Positions 50,451 through 60,805 of a DNA stretch of 64,000 nucleotides are shown one piece after another. The notes under the pieces were generated by a model. That model saw only the letters and a list, made by a program, of their open reading frames with translations. It ran no database searches and was not told where the DNA came from. The stretch's first letter is position 1. Each line of letters starts with the position of its first letter. Position numbers and translations under genes: made by a program. The stretch is from Mobula birostris (lineage: Eukaryota), in assembly GCF_030028105.1 (NCBI RefSeq), contig NC_092382.1, forward strand, positions 99,774,699 through 99,838,698. The letters run 5' to 3'.

Positions 50451-51474
50451 AAGTTGTATTATTGATGTCTACTTTGATAGTTAAAGCAGTTGCCACTTTG
50501 AGATCTGAAGATGGGGACGGCAATTTTGCGAAACTTTACTGTCCTTGCAGACTTAAAGTTTGAAAGATTTGACCTGATCCTTGCTCTGGCGTTATCTGAT
50601 GTGGAGTTTGTGGATATTATAACAGTTAGATAGATAGAAAGGCATAGTTCAGAGCCACAGAGTAATGAGACAAGTAGGCGCTAATGCAGATTGATTGAGG
50701 GTTCAGAACGTCTATTGACCGAGATACGATAAATGATAGATCGAAAGACACACGGAGACCGTAACGAGGTAGGTTTCATGATTACCTCGTTTGAACTGAC
50801 ATTACTACGTTTGAATAGGCAGAATAGACTGCGGTTCCCGTCTCGGGGTGCACTCTCTGTCGAATCCCGTGGTACAACAGCGCCCTCTTTCGGGCAAATT
50901 GTTTCCGGAAATACACTTGCCGACGTAGTTGATTGGTTGATTCCTTCATTCGCCATTTTACCATGGTTTATTTTCATATCGGTCCGGATATAATATTACA
51001 CACTGAACAAGCAAGAAGGTGATGGATTCCACAGAAACATAACATGCAGAAATCATGTCAATAAATCGGGGTTGAAGGTGAGTGGTGTGGGTGTTTAAGG
51101 GGCCTTTAAAACGGTGGGAGTAACACAGAATATTACCACCGTCAGAAGGACTTCTGGACCGGTACATGTAAAGGAAAGGTTTTGCTGTAAACACGCGAAC
51201 TTCTGGCTAATATGATGGGCTTCGATAACAAAGCTGCCCTACGCGGAAGAATTGGGCCGAGGGGCTGTATCTGCACCGCCTGGAACATAACTACAGACAA
51301 TTACCATTTCTGTCCCAAGCAGACGATCAGATAATGATGTCGTCGCAGGAGCTCAATTGCCAATTGGTGGATGGACAGTCTCGACGTCATATCCGGGAAC
51401 ACCCTCGACCGACAGAGCTTAGTTGAAGAAGCGAGTGAGGGGCGTTTGCTGCCGAACAGCGCTGCAGAATCGCG

Positions 51475-51538
51475 ATGTATTTCCCTCCTGACTTGCCCCT
51501 TGTCTGTTTAACTTTATCCCTGACACTCTTGCACAAAT
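51475..51538 (+). CDS. Leader exon of the 51.7k V gene
   Basis: MYFPPDLPLVCLTLSLTLLHK plus phase-1 donor t|GTGAGT; 147-nt intron; CRE-like CGACGTCA at 51382-51389. Confidence 0.8.
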
Positions 51539-51685
51539 GTGAGTATTTTTCTTGATCAATTATTTCTCACACCGGGTGGAACCGGCCGATTCAAAGACGA
51601 TCCAAATTCATATTTTAAATAGTGGGATACTATGCCGTTGTCATCCACTTGACCATGAATTACTTTCTCTTGCATGTTAATCCAG

Positions 51686-51982
51686 GTCTGTCGGCTGCGC
51701 CAACAGTGGTCCAGTTACCTACCGCGGCCTCGGTTTGGCCTGGAGAACAGTTCAGTTTTGAGTGCAGTTTGGAGGGAGGCGGCGTGGGCGACTACACCAT
51801 GCACTGGTACAGGCAAATCGGTACGAGTCTGGAGCATGTCTGCGACGAGAATGGCTTATGCGCCTCAGCCTTTAAACTGCGGTTCACCACTAAGCTCGAA
51901 GCTGCACAGAACAGCTTCACTCTGCAGCTCAGCAGCTGCGAGGAGACGGACTCGGCGAGCTACTTCTGCGCAGCGAAGCTCG
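51686..51982 (+). CDS. Intact TCR V exon, second family, with extra cysteines
   Basis: ccag|gt LSAAPTVVQLP...FSFECSLEGGGVGDYTMHWYRQ...RFTTKLEAAQNSFTLQLSSCEETDSASYFCAAKL; open frame; TCR-beta assignment is inferred from the neighbours. Confidence 0.88.
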
Positions 51983-52021
51983 CACGGCGGCTCACGTCTC
52001 GGGCTGCCTCAGACAAAAACC
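51983..52021 (+). other. 23-RSS
   Basis: CACGGCG + 23 nt + ACAAAAACC. Confidence 0.92.
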
Positions 52022-52559
52022 TCCCCAGTGATTCGTAGAACAGTCAGCCCATCACAGTCCGTTGCCAGCCACTTTCTGTGCGTCCATCGAACTCATCTCC
52101 AAGTGTTATCTTTTTTATCAGTCTTTCCTCACACGCACATCCAACTAAAGTTTATTTGCGTGAAACGCTGCTGGGAGGAAGCTGAATCTATTATGAAGAT
52201 CCTCCGCCGTCAGTGTTATCAACTCCGCATTACAGTAGATCCCACAACACTAGGTACCGTGATGGACTAACTTTCAGGGTTTGGACAATTCATGTCTGTT
52301 CATTGATTGGTATAGTCGATCATTATGAATATAAGGCCGTATGAACCTAATATATGCGAGCAGAATTCAGCTATTTGCTCCAGCGAGTCTATTCCGCCAC
52401 TTCATCTTGGCTGATCCAAATTTCCTTTTCAGCCTCAGTCTCCCTCTTTCTCCCCTTACCTTCTCATGCCCAAAACATACAAGAATCGATCAACCGTTGC
52501 CTTCAATAATTCAAAGGATTCGCCACTCTCTGTCCAAAGGAATTGCTCCTCACCTCCGT

Positions 52560-53920
52560 ACTTCTACTTTGACACTGTGTCCCCCGGTCTAGGGTTGTCG
52601 CACCTTTGGAAACATTCCCTCCGCGTTCACTCTATCAAGGTATTTCACCATTGGGCAGTTTTCAATCAGATAATTCCTCATCCTTCTTTGAGTTCCAGAG
52701 CAATCAAAACCTCTTTAAACCATAAACCTTTAATTTTCGGATCATTTTCGTGAAACTCCTATGAAACCTCTCCAGTTTCAGCACCTCTTTTTTGTAAAAC
52801 AGGAAACCGACAACAGCACACGATACTCCAAATGAGGCCTCGCTGGCTCTTCATGAAGTGGGCCACATTATATTCTGGCATTTGTATTCTGGTACTCTTG
52901 AAATAAGTGCTATCATCATATGTGCCTCCCTCACCACAGAATGCACCTAAATGAATTTTTCATGAATCCTGCGCAATGGCTGTGAAGTCCCTTTGCGCCT
53001 TAGTTTTTTGGCATATCCTCTCCATTTAGAAAATAGTCTACACTTTCATTTCTTCTGCCAAAATGCATGGCCATGCACATACCGACACTGTACTCCATCT
53101 TACACTTCTCTGTCCACTCTTCTGATCCTGTGCTTTGGTAGCCTCTCTATTTCTCCCAGTGTAGGAAACATCCTCTCCACATCCACGCTAACTAGGTCTT
53201 TCAATATTCACAAAAATTGCTGGTGAACGCAGCAGGCCAGGCAGCATGTATCAGGAGAGGTACAGTTGACGTTTCGGGCCCAGAACCTTCGTCTGACCAG
53301 GACTGTACCGCTTCCTACAGATGCTGCCTGGCCTGCTACGTTCACCAGCGTTTCTGTGTGTGTTTCTTGTATTTCCAACATCTGCAGATTACGTCGTGTT
53401 TCCGCCTTCAATATTCGATAGGTTTCAATGAGGTCCCCCCTCAATTGTCTAAACTCCAGCAAGTACAGGCCCAGAGCTATCAAACGCTCCTCGTATGTTA
53501 ACCCTTTCATTCCTTGAATTGTCGTCGTTAAAATTCTGTGAACCCTCTCCAATATAAGCACATCCTATCTAAGATAAGCTGCCCTAAACTGCTCACAATA
53601 CTCCAAGGTTGGCCTCACCAGTGCTTTATAAAGCCTCAACATCACATCCTTGCTTTTATTTTCCAGTCGTCTTGACATTTTCTTTTTTGCTTATCCCGCT
53701 TGTTATTTCCTTTGGAATTCCCAGAAAGTTGTCAGGCAAGTTTTCGCTCGAGGAAACCATGCTGACTAGGTCCTATTTTATCAGGTTTCCCCAAGTACAC
53801 TCGGACCTCATCCTCAATAACCGACGCCAACATCTTCCCAATCACTAACCTCAGACTAACTGGCCTCCAGTTTAATTTCCATCGTATTTGCCGGTGCTTC
53901 CGTGCATGCCGGCGGGAAAA
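52560..53920 (-). mobile_element. CR1 fragments
   Basis: ORF 53208-53561 GLTYEERLIALGLYLLEFRQLRGDLIETYRIL; RT N-terminal remnant near 53750-53880. Confidence 0.75.
53211..53385. repeat. Palindromic short interspersed element inserted in CR1
   Basis: Arms 53219-53247 and 53321-53349 are inverted repeats matching at 28/29; related partial copies near 4190, 16070 and 16440. Confidence 0.8.
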
Positions 53921-54369
53921 TAAATCGCAGGTAGTACACGGTGACACATACGTAAGATCATACTAAATTTAATTTGAAATTTAAATGCTGAGCCTCCCAG
54001 GTCGGAGGAACTGTCGGCGATAGCGCCGACCTTTGAAAACAGCAAATTTCTCTCAATAATTTTCTCAGTTTTGATCGGACTCAGCGAGAACTTTGACCGC
54101 TTTACTCTCAGGCATTGGTGATTAATACAACAGCAGGGGGCAGTAGAGGCATTTCGTTCGCTGATGATGCGCTGACCCTTGATGAGGGTGCTTCTCCCGA
54201 GAGTCGGAGGTCCAGGGGTAGCATTGCAGGGTTCTGTACGCTCATCGACAAGGTTGAAGGTCAATGTCTCTTTGACAGGCGGTCTGAACTGAGCGGGCGT
54301 TCGTTTAATGTAGATGGATAAAATCTCACTCGCCTCTCAGTTTCTGTTAATTACTGCTCATTTTTTCCG

Positions 54370-54650
54370 ATCGGACCCACGGACTGCAGCCTCCTCAAAG
54401 CCCCTCGCTCTCTGTGTCGCCGTGGACTCGTTCGCAATTATTAATTGCCGTCAACGTGACACCACGCCGGGTACTGGTATACGGGCACCGCCGAGATCCC
54501 GGAGACTCTCTGACCCGGAGCGGATATACTGGTGGGCGCACGAGATGAGCTTTCAAAAGAAGTGCTAGAGATGGGGTAGAATTGCAACGCACAATTTACA
54601 TTTGAAACAGGTGGCTTCGAAGGTTTCCCAGTGACCGTACTTTGCGCAAT
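54370..54650 (+). pseudogene. Probable heavily decayed TCR V relic
   Basis: PLALCVAVDSFAIINCRQRD (Cys 54446), frameshift, YWY (Trp 54475), then in frame with stops ...FTFETGGFEGFPVTVLCA (Cys 54643, 56 codons after Trp versus 57 in intact relatives); no recognisable RSS. Confidence 0.45.
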
Positions 54651-55051
54651 TTGTGAGTTTTTGACCGCCCAGCGACAGGAAGGCTAAGATTCAAACTGCA
54701 GCGAGTGCAGAGACTTTGCAGATCAACTTCACTTTGAACGACGCTCCTAAACTCTGGAATTCAGGACCGAAAATTAAAGGGATGGAGAGTCAGTTAGCAC
54801 GTTTAAATGCCAGCTCAACACTAATTTATTTAACTTTGCTTTTAACGAAAATAATTGACTGTTTTCTTCTGTTTGCATTTTATCCCACTGTAAAGCGCTT
54901 TGAACTAATCGACTGGACACCTGCACTGTCAGCGTTCCACTAACCCGCCTCTGCTTCTTGCTGCCGTTACGTCATCTTGGATTAACTGCGCTTCAATGCA
55001 ACTTCCGGAAACGTGCCGCTGTCTGTACGCTGTCTGCAACATGATGTTAGC

Positions 55052-55090
55052 GGTTTTTGTTGCGCTCAGACGGTTCTTTGTATCACTGTG
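55052..55090 (-). other. Consensus 23-RSS
   Basis: CACAGTG + 23 nt + ACAAAAACC. Confidence 0.96.
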
Positions 55091-55386
55091 AAGACTACAC
55101 GCGCAGAAGTACACGGCCGAGTGATTGCTGCGCAGGCTGCTCGTCACCAGGTTGCACGCGTTGCTTTTCGGAGTCTGGACGCTAAATCCATCGACTTCAC
55201 CAGCAGGCTCTTTAAGACTGGTACCTAAGGTATAAAACATTAGCTGAGGCTCCTTCCCTGGGTATTGTCGATACCAATACATATAGTAATTGCTGCTGCC
55301 ATCCACGTTGCAAGTCAACTTCATCGGGTCCCCGAGAGATCCGGAATAAAAACCGGGTGTCTGGTGGATGGTCTGGGGATCCGCGG
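55091..55386 (-). CDS. TRBV: Intact TCR beta V exon (TRBV30-like)
   Basis: ag|cc ADPQTIHQTP...KLTCNVDGSSNYYMYWYRQYPGKEPQLMFY...GEVDGF...NHSAVYFCACS; open frame. Confidence 0.92.
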
Positions 55387-56078
55387 CTACAGGAGAGAGT
55401 AAGAGAGTAGGGCGTCAGTAAACAAGTAGATTCCGGCGTTGGCGTTTGTGAGGCAATCGGGAGAAGAAATAATCCAGATTGAAGCAGATTATGGAATTTC
55501 AAATAACGGAAGAGAGAACCCGATAGCACAGGACGAAAACGAGAGTAACGGTCGAGAAAATTAAATAAAATGACGGAGATTAGAAGCCGCCTGTTTGAGT
55601 TACTAAGTACAGAGTTGAATTTACTGAGAGGGAAGTAAAGGGTGGGGAGGGAAAGAAGGAAGAAAATAGGTGCAGAGGTATTACGAGGAGGAGGAGAAGA
55701 GGAAGAAAAATGTCAGGAGATGTAGGAAGAGAGGAGGATGTGGAAGAAGACGGGAGGGCCGTGGAGAGTGAGGAAGGAGGGACGGGACGAGCGGTAAAGA
55801 AGCAAGCGGAGTGGAGCCACGGGAGGTGGGACAGGTGGGAGAGAAAGTAACAGATATCGAAGAAGAAAATAGTATTACAAGGGGCAGAAGTGAGAGCGTT
55901 ACAGTACAGGTCTAGAGCGGGATTCATGGAAGCGACACTTGAATGGAAGAGAAAATCAGAAGGACGGGAAACGACGGAATGTGGTAGTGACAGGGTCGAT
56001 ACAGAGATGCAAGAAGTATAGAAAAAAGTAATGAAAACCGCTTCCGAAAACTATTCATAAACTGTTCCCGTCCCTTAC

Positions 56079-56115
56079 CGTGAAACCAGAACAATAACTG
56101 CAGCAGCAGGAACAT
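56079..56115 (-). CDS. Leader exon of the 55.1k V gene
   Basis: MFLLLQLLFWFH plus phase-1 donor g|GTAAGG, in frame with the V exon. Confidence 0.88.
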
Positions 56116-56226
56116 CTTCACGTCCGTCCGCCCTCTCCACAGCGGAGAAGGTTCGGGGATCCTCTTGAGCTCAACGCGTCACGGAAGAAACCCCGAAGCC
56201 CCGCCCCTCCCTCTGACAATTACACC

Positions 56227-56236
56227 TGACGTCACT
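56227..56236 (-). promoter_or_regulatory. TCR V-beta promoter decamer (CRE) AGTGACGTCA
   Basis: Exact match about 112 bp upstream of the ATG; GC box at about 56210-56219. Confidence 0.75.
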
Positions 56237-57689
56237 GAGCAACCGCGGCGGGTCTTGAGTTGGCTGCTGTGGTCATTGATTTGCGCTATACCAGGGTCAC
56301 TGCTGGATAAGGTCTGAAATAGCAGCAAGTTCTGGGATCTCAGGATCGCCCCTTCTATCAGGTTTGAAAGTTGCTGGCTCTTTGACACTGTTGGAAATAT
56401 AATGCTTAATTTTTCCGTTAACGTGATCTGAAGTTCTTCGCTGTCATTCTTCTTGTCCAAGTCGCATTTAAGTAAATCCCTTTTTGCATCCCTTTCACCA
56501 TGACGACGTCAAACCTGTAACGGGATTGGGATGGGACAGCACAAAGTTCTGCAACGTACGACGGCGAAACCAAGACCGGTGGTGTTCCAGATGCCCGGTA
56601 AGGAGCACGGCAGTTGTGCGTGAGATTTGGGGAACCGGTTCAATGGGGAAGCAACCACTTCACTGTGTAGCTCGGCGGCTAAAGGCAGGCAGACTCGAAG
56701 GTCTATCGCTGTTTCGCGAACGCCACCCAGCGGCAGGAATCCGCATATAGCCGACCGCCAATGAGCGAAATTCGTAGTTCGTTTTCTTACAGGCATTCCC
56801 AGAAAAGTGAAGAAACACCAGATGAAAAGCAATAGATAATTGATGCTAACACAGTTTTGCAGAATCCGGTAAATCGTGCAAATAATAAAAACAAATACAT
56901 TGATAAGAACACGAGTTGGAAAGTGAATCCATAGATTGTGGAATCAGTTCACTCTTGACGTGTGAAGCTTTCCACGGCGGGTGGGTGTCAGACCTAAGGC
57001 TCCTGTGCCGACTGCCTAGTGGAAGAATATGGGGAACATCAGGACAGTACAATGGTCTCAGACTGTCCCGATGTATAACTAGGGGACTGAAGACATTTAC
57101 ACAATACTGCAGTAATTTTATGTACTGTACGGTACCGCTGCCGAAAACAAATACGCAAGTTGACAGATGTGGGTTATAGTAAACGTGATTCTGATGCGGG
57201 TCTCTTTAGTGGGATAGTAGTGGGAAGCGGGGAGAGAGAGTGGAATCATGGTTGGGAAAAGGGGAGAGAGAGAAGCACCAAGAAGATATTCTGCAATGAT
57301 CAATAAATCAATTTACAGCTGGAGTACGAGAGTTCTAAGGAAAGATTGCAGACGGCTTAGGTTGTTTTAAGATGGAATTTGCGTAAGTAACCTTCTCGCA
57401 GCTTACAAATTTCCGAGGAGAAGAGATGAGGTGGTTGACCGTTGTCGTGTTGCGGCGATTGGGCTGTCTCGAGCGAATGGACACAGGGTTGAAGTCAGAC
57501 ATGGGGTGCTACACTTTTCAGGCAGAGGCCGGTGGGAATGTGGAACGAGCTGTCAAGGAATGTCATATCCTGCACACCAGTGTCAAGGAGAACGAAACAA
57601 TAGCAAGTCCGGACCGATATAGAGAACAGAACAATAATAATGAACGGAAACAATAAATTGTTGTTGTTCGTTCATCGTGACGTCGAAGA

Positions 57690-58140
57690 GGACCTCGACA
57701 CCATAATGATGGTGTCGAGACTAGCGCGTAATTTAGATTTAACTGAGGGAGAGTTGCGCAGCGTCAGCCTCACTCTCTCTTCCCAATTCCCATCTGGATC
57801 CAGTGACAAGACAGAGTCTAGACGGCTGGAGATGGGACTAGGCGCAGTGGATGACCAGGACGTCTTCTGTGTCTTGTCCTGCTCTACACGTTCCACGACG
57901 TTTGCAGAGACCGCCTTCTTGACCGTTGGACCTTCCATTGGTCTCGTCCGCTCAATCCGCCGGAGTCTGTCTTCACATGCTGGGATGGACAACTCCCTAT
58001 CTCACCGAGGGTTTGAGACCCGTCGGCTACCTTCACTTGGTTTAGCCGGCTTGTCGAAGCCGTTTCCCGGGGTGTGGCCGCTGTCGCTTGCAAACAACTA
58101 CGGGGAGCCACAGGTGAGAGCTGAGTGCCAGGTGGGGATC
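57690..58140. mobile_element. RTE-like interspersed repeat fragment
   Basis: Recalled similarity to a common elasmobranch repeat (gccggcttgtcgaagccg...ccacaggtgagagctgagtgccaggtgggg); tentative. Confidence 0.4.
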
Positions 58141-60028
58141 AAAGGTGGACTAACCGCTCTGAAAAGGACGCGACATGTTCGGGAGAACATGTCGCGAAAC
58201 AATAATTACAAATACATAAAATAGCTGATATCAATCCATGAGGTTATATTAGGCTTTACATACTCTGTGACTGACGGCAAATAATAAGAGAGCAGTGATA
58301 GTTGCGGGAAGATGGGGGAGGGGTGGTTGAGTGGATGGAAGTATCGATCAGGCACACTGTTTGGGGAAGGGAATTGTTTTTTCAGGCTGATAATCATGGC
58401 GCGGATGCAACGTATCCTCTTCCTTGCTTCGATTGGAACAAACAGTCCATGAGCACTGTAGGCGAGATCATTCATGATGATACCGGCAATTTTGCCAGCG
58501 CCTTTCTGTATAATTGTCATTGATGGCGGGGAGGATTTTGCATGTGATGTGCACTGTCAGGAGTTCGAAACTCCTCACAGTTTGGACTGTTGCGCCATCG
58601 GTGTGAAGGTGTTTGTGAATGCGGCGATTTCTTCTGAATTCGATTTGAAAAAAATCCCTCTTATCTTGTTGACGTTGTTATATGCCTGGCCCCAGGCCTC
58701 GATGTCTACCACCTCCTCTACCACGCCTCGTGCAGAGTCGCTTGGGTGACATCGGGGAACTTGTCAACGTGATTGGCCGGGTGTTTGGCCGTGCGGTCAC
58801 GTGTGTAGAGTGTACAGCAATGGGCGACACAAACTGCCCTGCGGGATACCGGTGCAGAGGATGATGGGGAAGGAGTAGCAGTTGTGCATCCTGGGTATGT
58901 GAGGTCAGTTCGTCAGGAAGTCCAATTCACAGTTGCATTGTGGGGTATTTCTATCGATTAGTCGATGTTGTCACAGTTACGACATTTCAGTGACTTTCCG
59001 ATGAATGGGCAAGCTGCACTGTCGCGCCTGTTTCTCTGCAGGGTGACAGCAGGGGGCGCTCTAAGACCAAACGGAGCGGCAGTGACTTCTGAATGGGGCA
59101 GTAGTCAGTCGCCGATCTCGACCTTGCAATGCAAAAGTCCACATTTTCAAACCAAGCATCGTCACAGCCCAGCTCTCACTGGGGAAAACAACTTCACCTC
59201 GTTTTTTGACACTGAGAGCGGTGTTGTCGAACCGAGGGACGGACCGCTTGAGGAAAGCATGTTTTTGACGTACAGAAGCAGGTGTGTGCAACGGCAGACA
59301 AAGCTGCAACGGGAAACTCGGACGGATGGCCAGATAGATGGATTTATAGAGAAATACGTGGCAAGATAGTTTGCAAGATAGACCGATACATACAAATGTA
59401 TATGCATACATAATACACACAAACGTACGTCGGCACCGTACCGTACTAATCAGTGCGTCGCTACACAGCACCAGCAGCCTGGGTTCCGCTCCTTCGCCGC
59501 TTATAAGAAATTCGTAAGTTCCTCGCAGTGAGGGCGTCAGTTCCCTTCGGTGCCCCAACTCCACCCTGGAAGGACGTAAGGGACAGGAGGTTAATTGATC
59601 ATATTTATTTATCTGGACGTGGGGGGGGGGGATTCACTGGGTTGGACGGTTCTGTTGCCATTTTTCTTTCATTTTTCTTTGAATGAAACTGAACTACCTA
59701 TACGTTGAGAGACAAACAAAGCGGCAGAAACTGTGCCCGAGAAACGGACACACAGGTCACACAACGAGAACAATAACCCCTCATTTCATGTTTTGTCCCG
59801 CACATTTGCTCCGGCGGATACAATGAACATATATCGACGTTGTACCTTCGCGCACTTCCGGTTTCTGCTCTGGATGCAACGTCATCCAGCGAGGGAGGGA
59901 TGGGGATGCCAATGACAGAATCGGGGACGGGGCGTTGCAAGCCAGACTGTAACCTTATACAGTCATTATATCTGTCCTCACGCTCCGAACAGGCCCTGCT
60001 CTTCCTGAAGGAGAACTTTACGTGAAGG

Positions 60029-60065
60029 ATGCTTTTGTTAATGGCGTTTGTGACCTGCTTGTACA
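60029..60065 (+). pseudogene. Leader exon of the 60.5k V pseudogene
   Basis: MLLLMAFVTCLY, 37 nt; donor is GCAAGG instead of GT. Confidence 0.7.
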
Positions 60066-60489
60066 GCAAGGAATATTCAAATCCAATGTTCGGCGCGTAC
60101 CCTGCCTCTCCATTTTCCTCTCACCGTCCCCTACTGCTGCCTTCTCCACTCCACTTCCTCCCATTTCATTATTTATCTATCTACTTTTCAATAATTATCC
60201 CTCCTCGCTCCTTCCCTCCGCTTCGTCCTTTGACTCCGCACAGCCATACCCTCCCCTCATCCTCCCTATCCCTCCATCTCTATCTATAAACCAGTCTTAT
60301 CTATCTCCTTATCGATTTCTCTATATCTCTGTCTCATCTCTCCCTGGCGTGCTCGGGTTATTTGTCCATCACGTTCTGTTTTTTCTATACCTGCCTCTAT
60401 TACTGTCTGGACCTCTCTCCAGCGCACGGAGTCGCTGCCGTTACTGAATGTATTTATTTTTCCCCCTCGTTTGTTCTTTAAATCACAAG

Positions 60490-60805
60490 CCGTGACTTCG
60501 ACGGTGATCCGCCAGACACTCCACGCTGTTTCCTAGTCCCCCGGCCCGAAACAAACTCTTCACTGCACGGTCGAGGGCAGCAGCAGCTACTGATTGTTCT
60601 GGTACAGACAATACCCGGGGAAGGATATTGTCGATGGCTGTTTTACTCGATGGCTGCTCCAAGCGTGGCGCCGGACGCCGAGGTGGACGGGTTTACAGCC
60701 AGTCGACCGAAAGGCAATGAGTTCACTCTGAGCGTCAGCCGCCTGCAGCTGAACCACACGGCCACATATTTCATATGACATTGATAGGAGCCTCGAGCAA
60801 AAACC
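60490..60805 (+). pseudogene. TRBV: TRBV30-like V pseudogene in inverted orientation, lacking second Cys and heptamer
   Basis: ag|cc VTSTVIRQT..VS*SPGPKQTLHCTVEGSSSY*LFWYRQYPGK, frameshift, FYSMAAPSVAPDAEVDGFTASRPKGNEFTLSVSRLQLNHTATYF; stops at 60534 and 60591; nonamer GCAAAAACC at 60797-60805. Confidence 0.85.

Noticed and set aside
51686-51982. NAR-TCR or VNAR-type domain
   Set aside because: The Trp-to-Cys span is 55 residues, not the roughly 48 of the CDR2-deleted VNAR fold, and it has its own leader and a normal V layout.
56661-56667. CACTGTG as a J or D segment heptamer
   Set aside because: No GGTTTTTGT-like nonamer at either spacing and no FGxG motif. No D, J or C segment was found anywhere in the window.
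59030-59300. Acceptor-like site followed by STLQCK as a V exon
   Set aside because: No Trp, second Cys motif or RSS follows.
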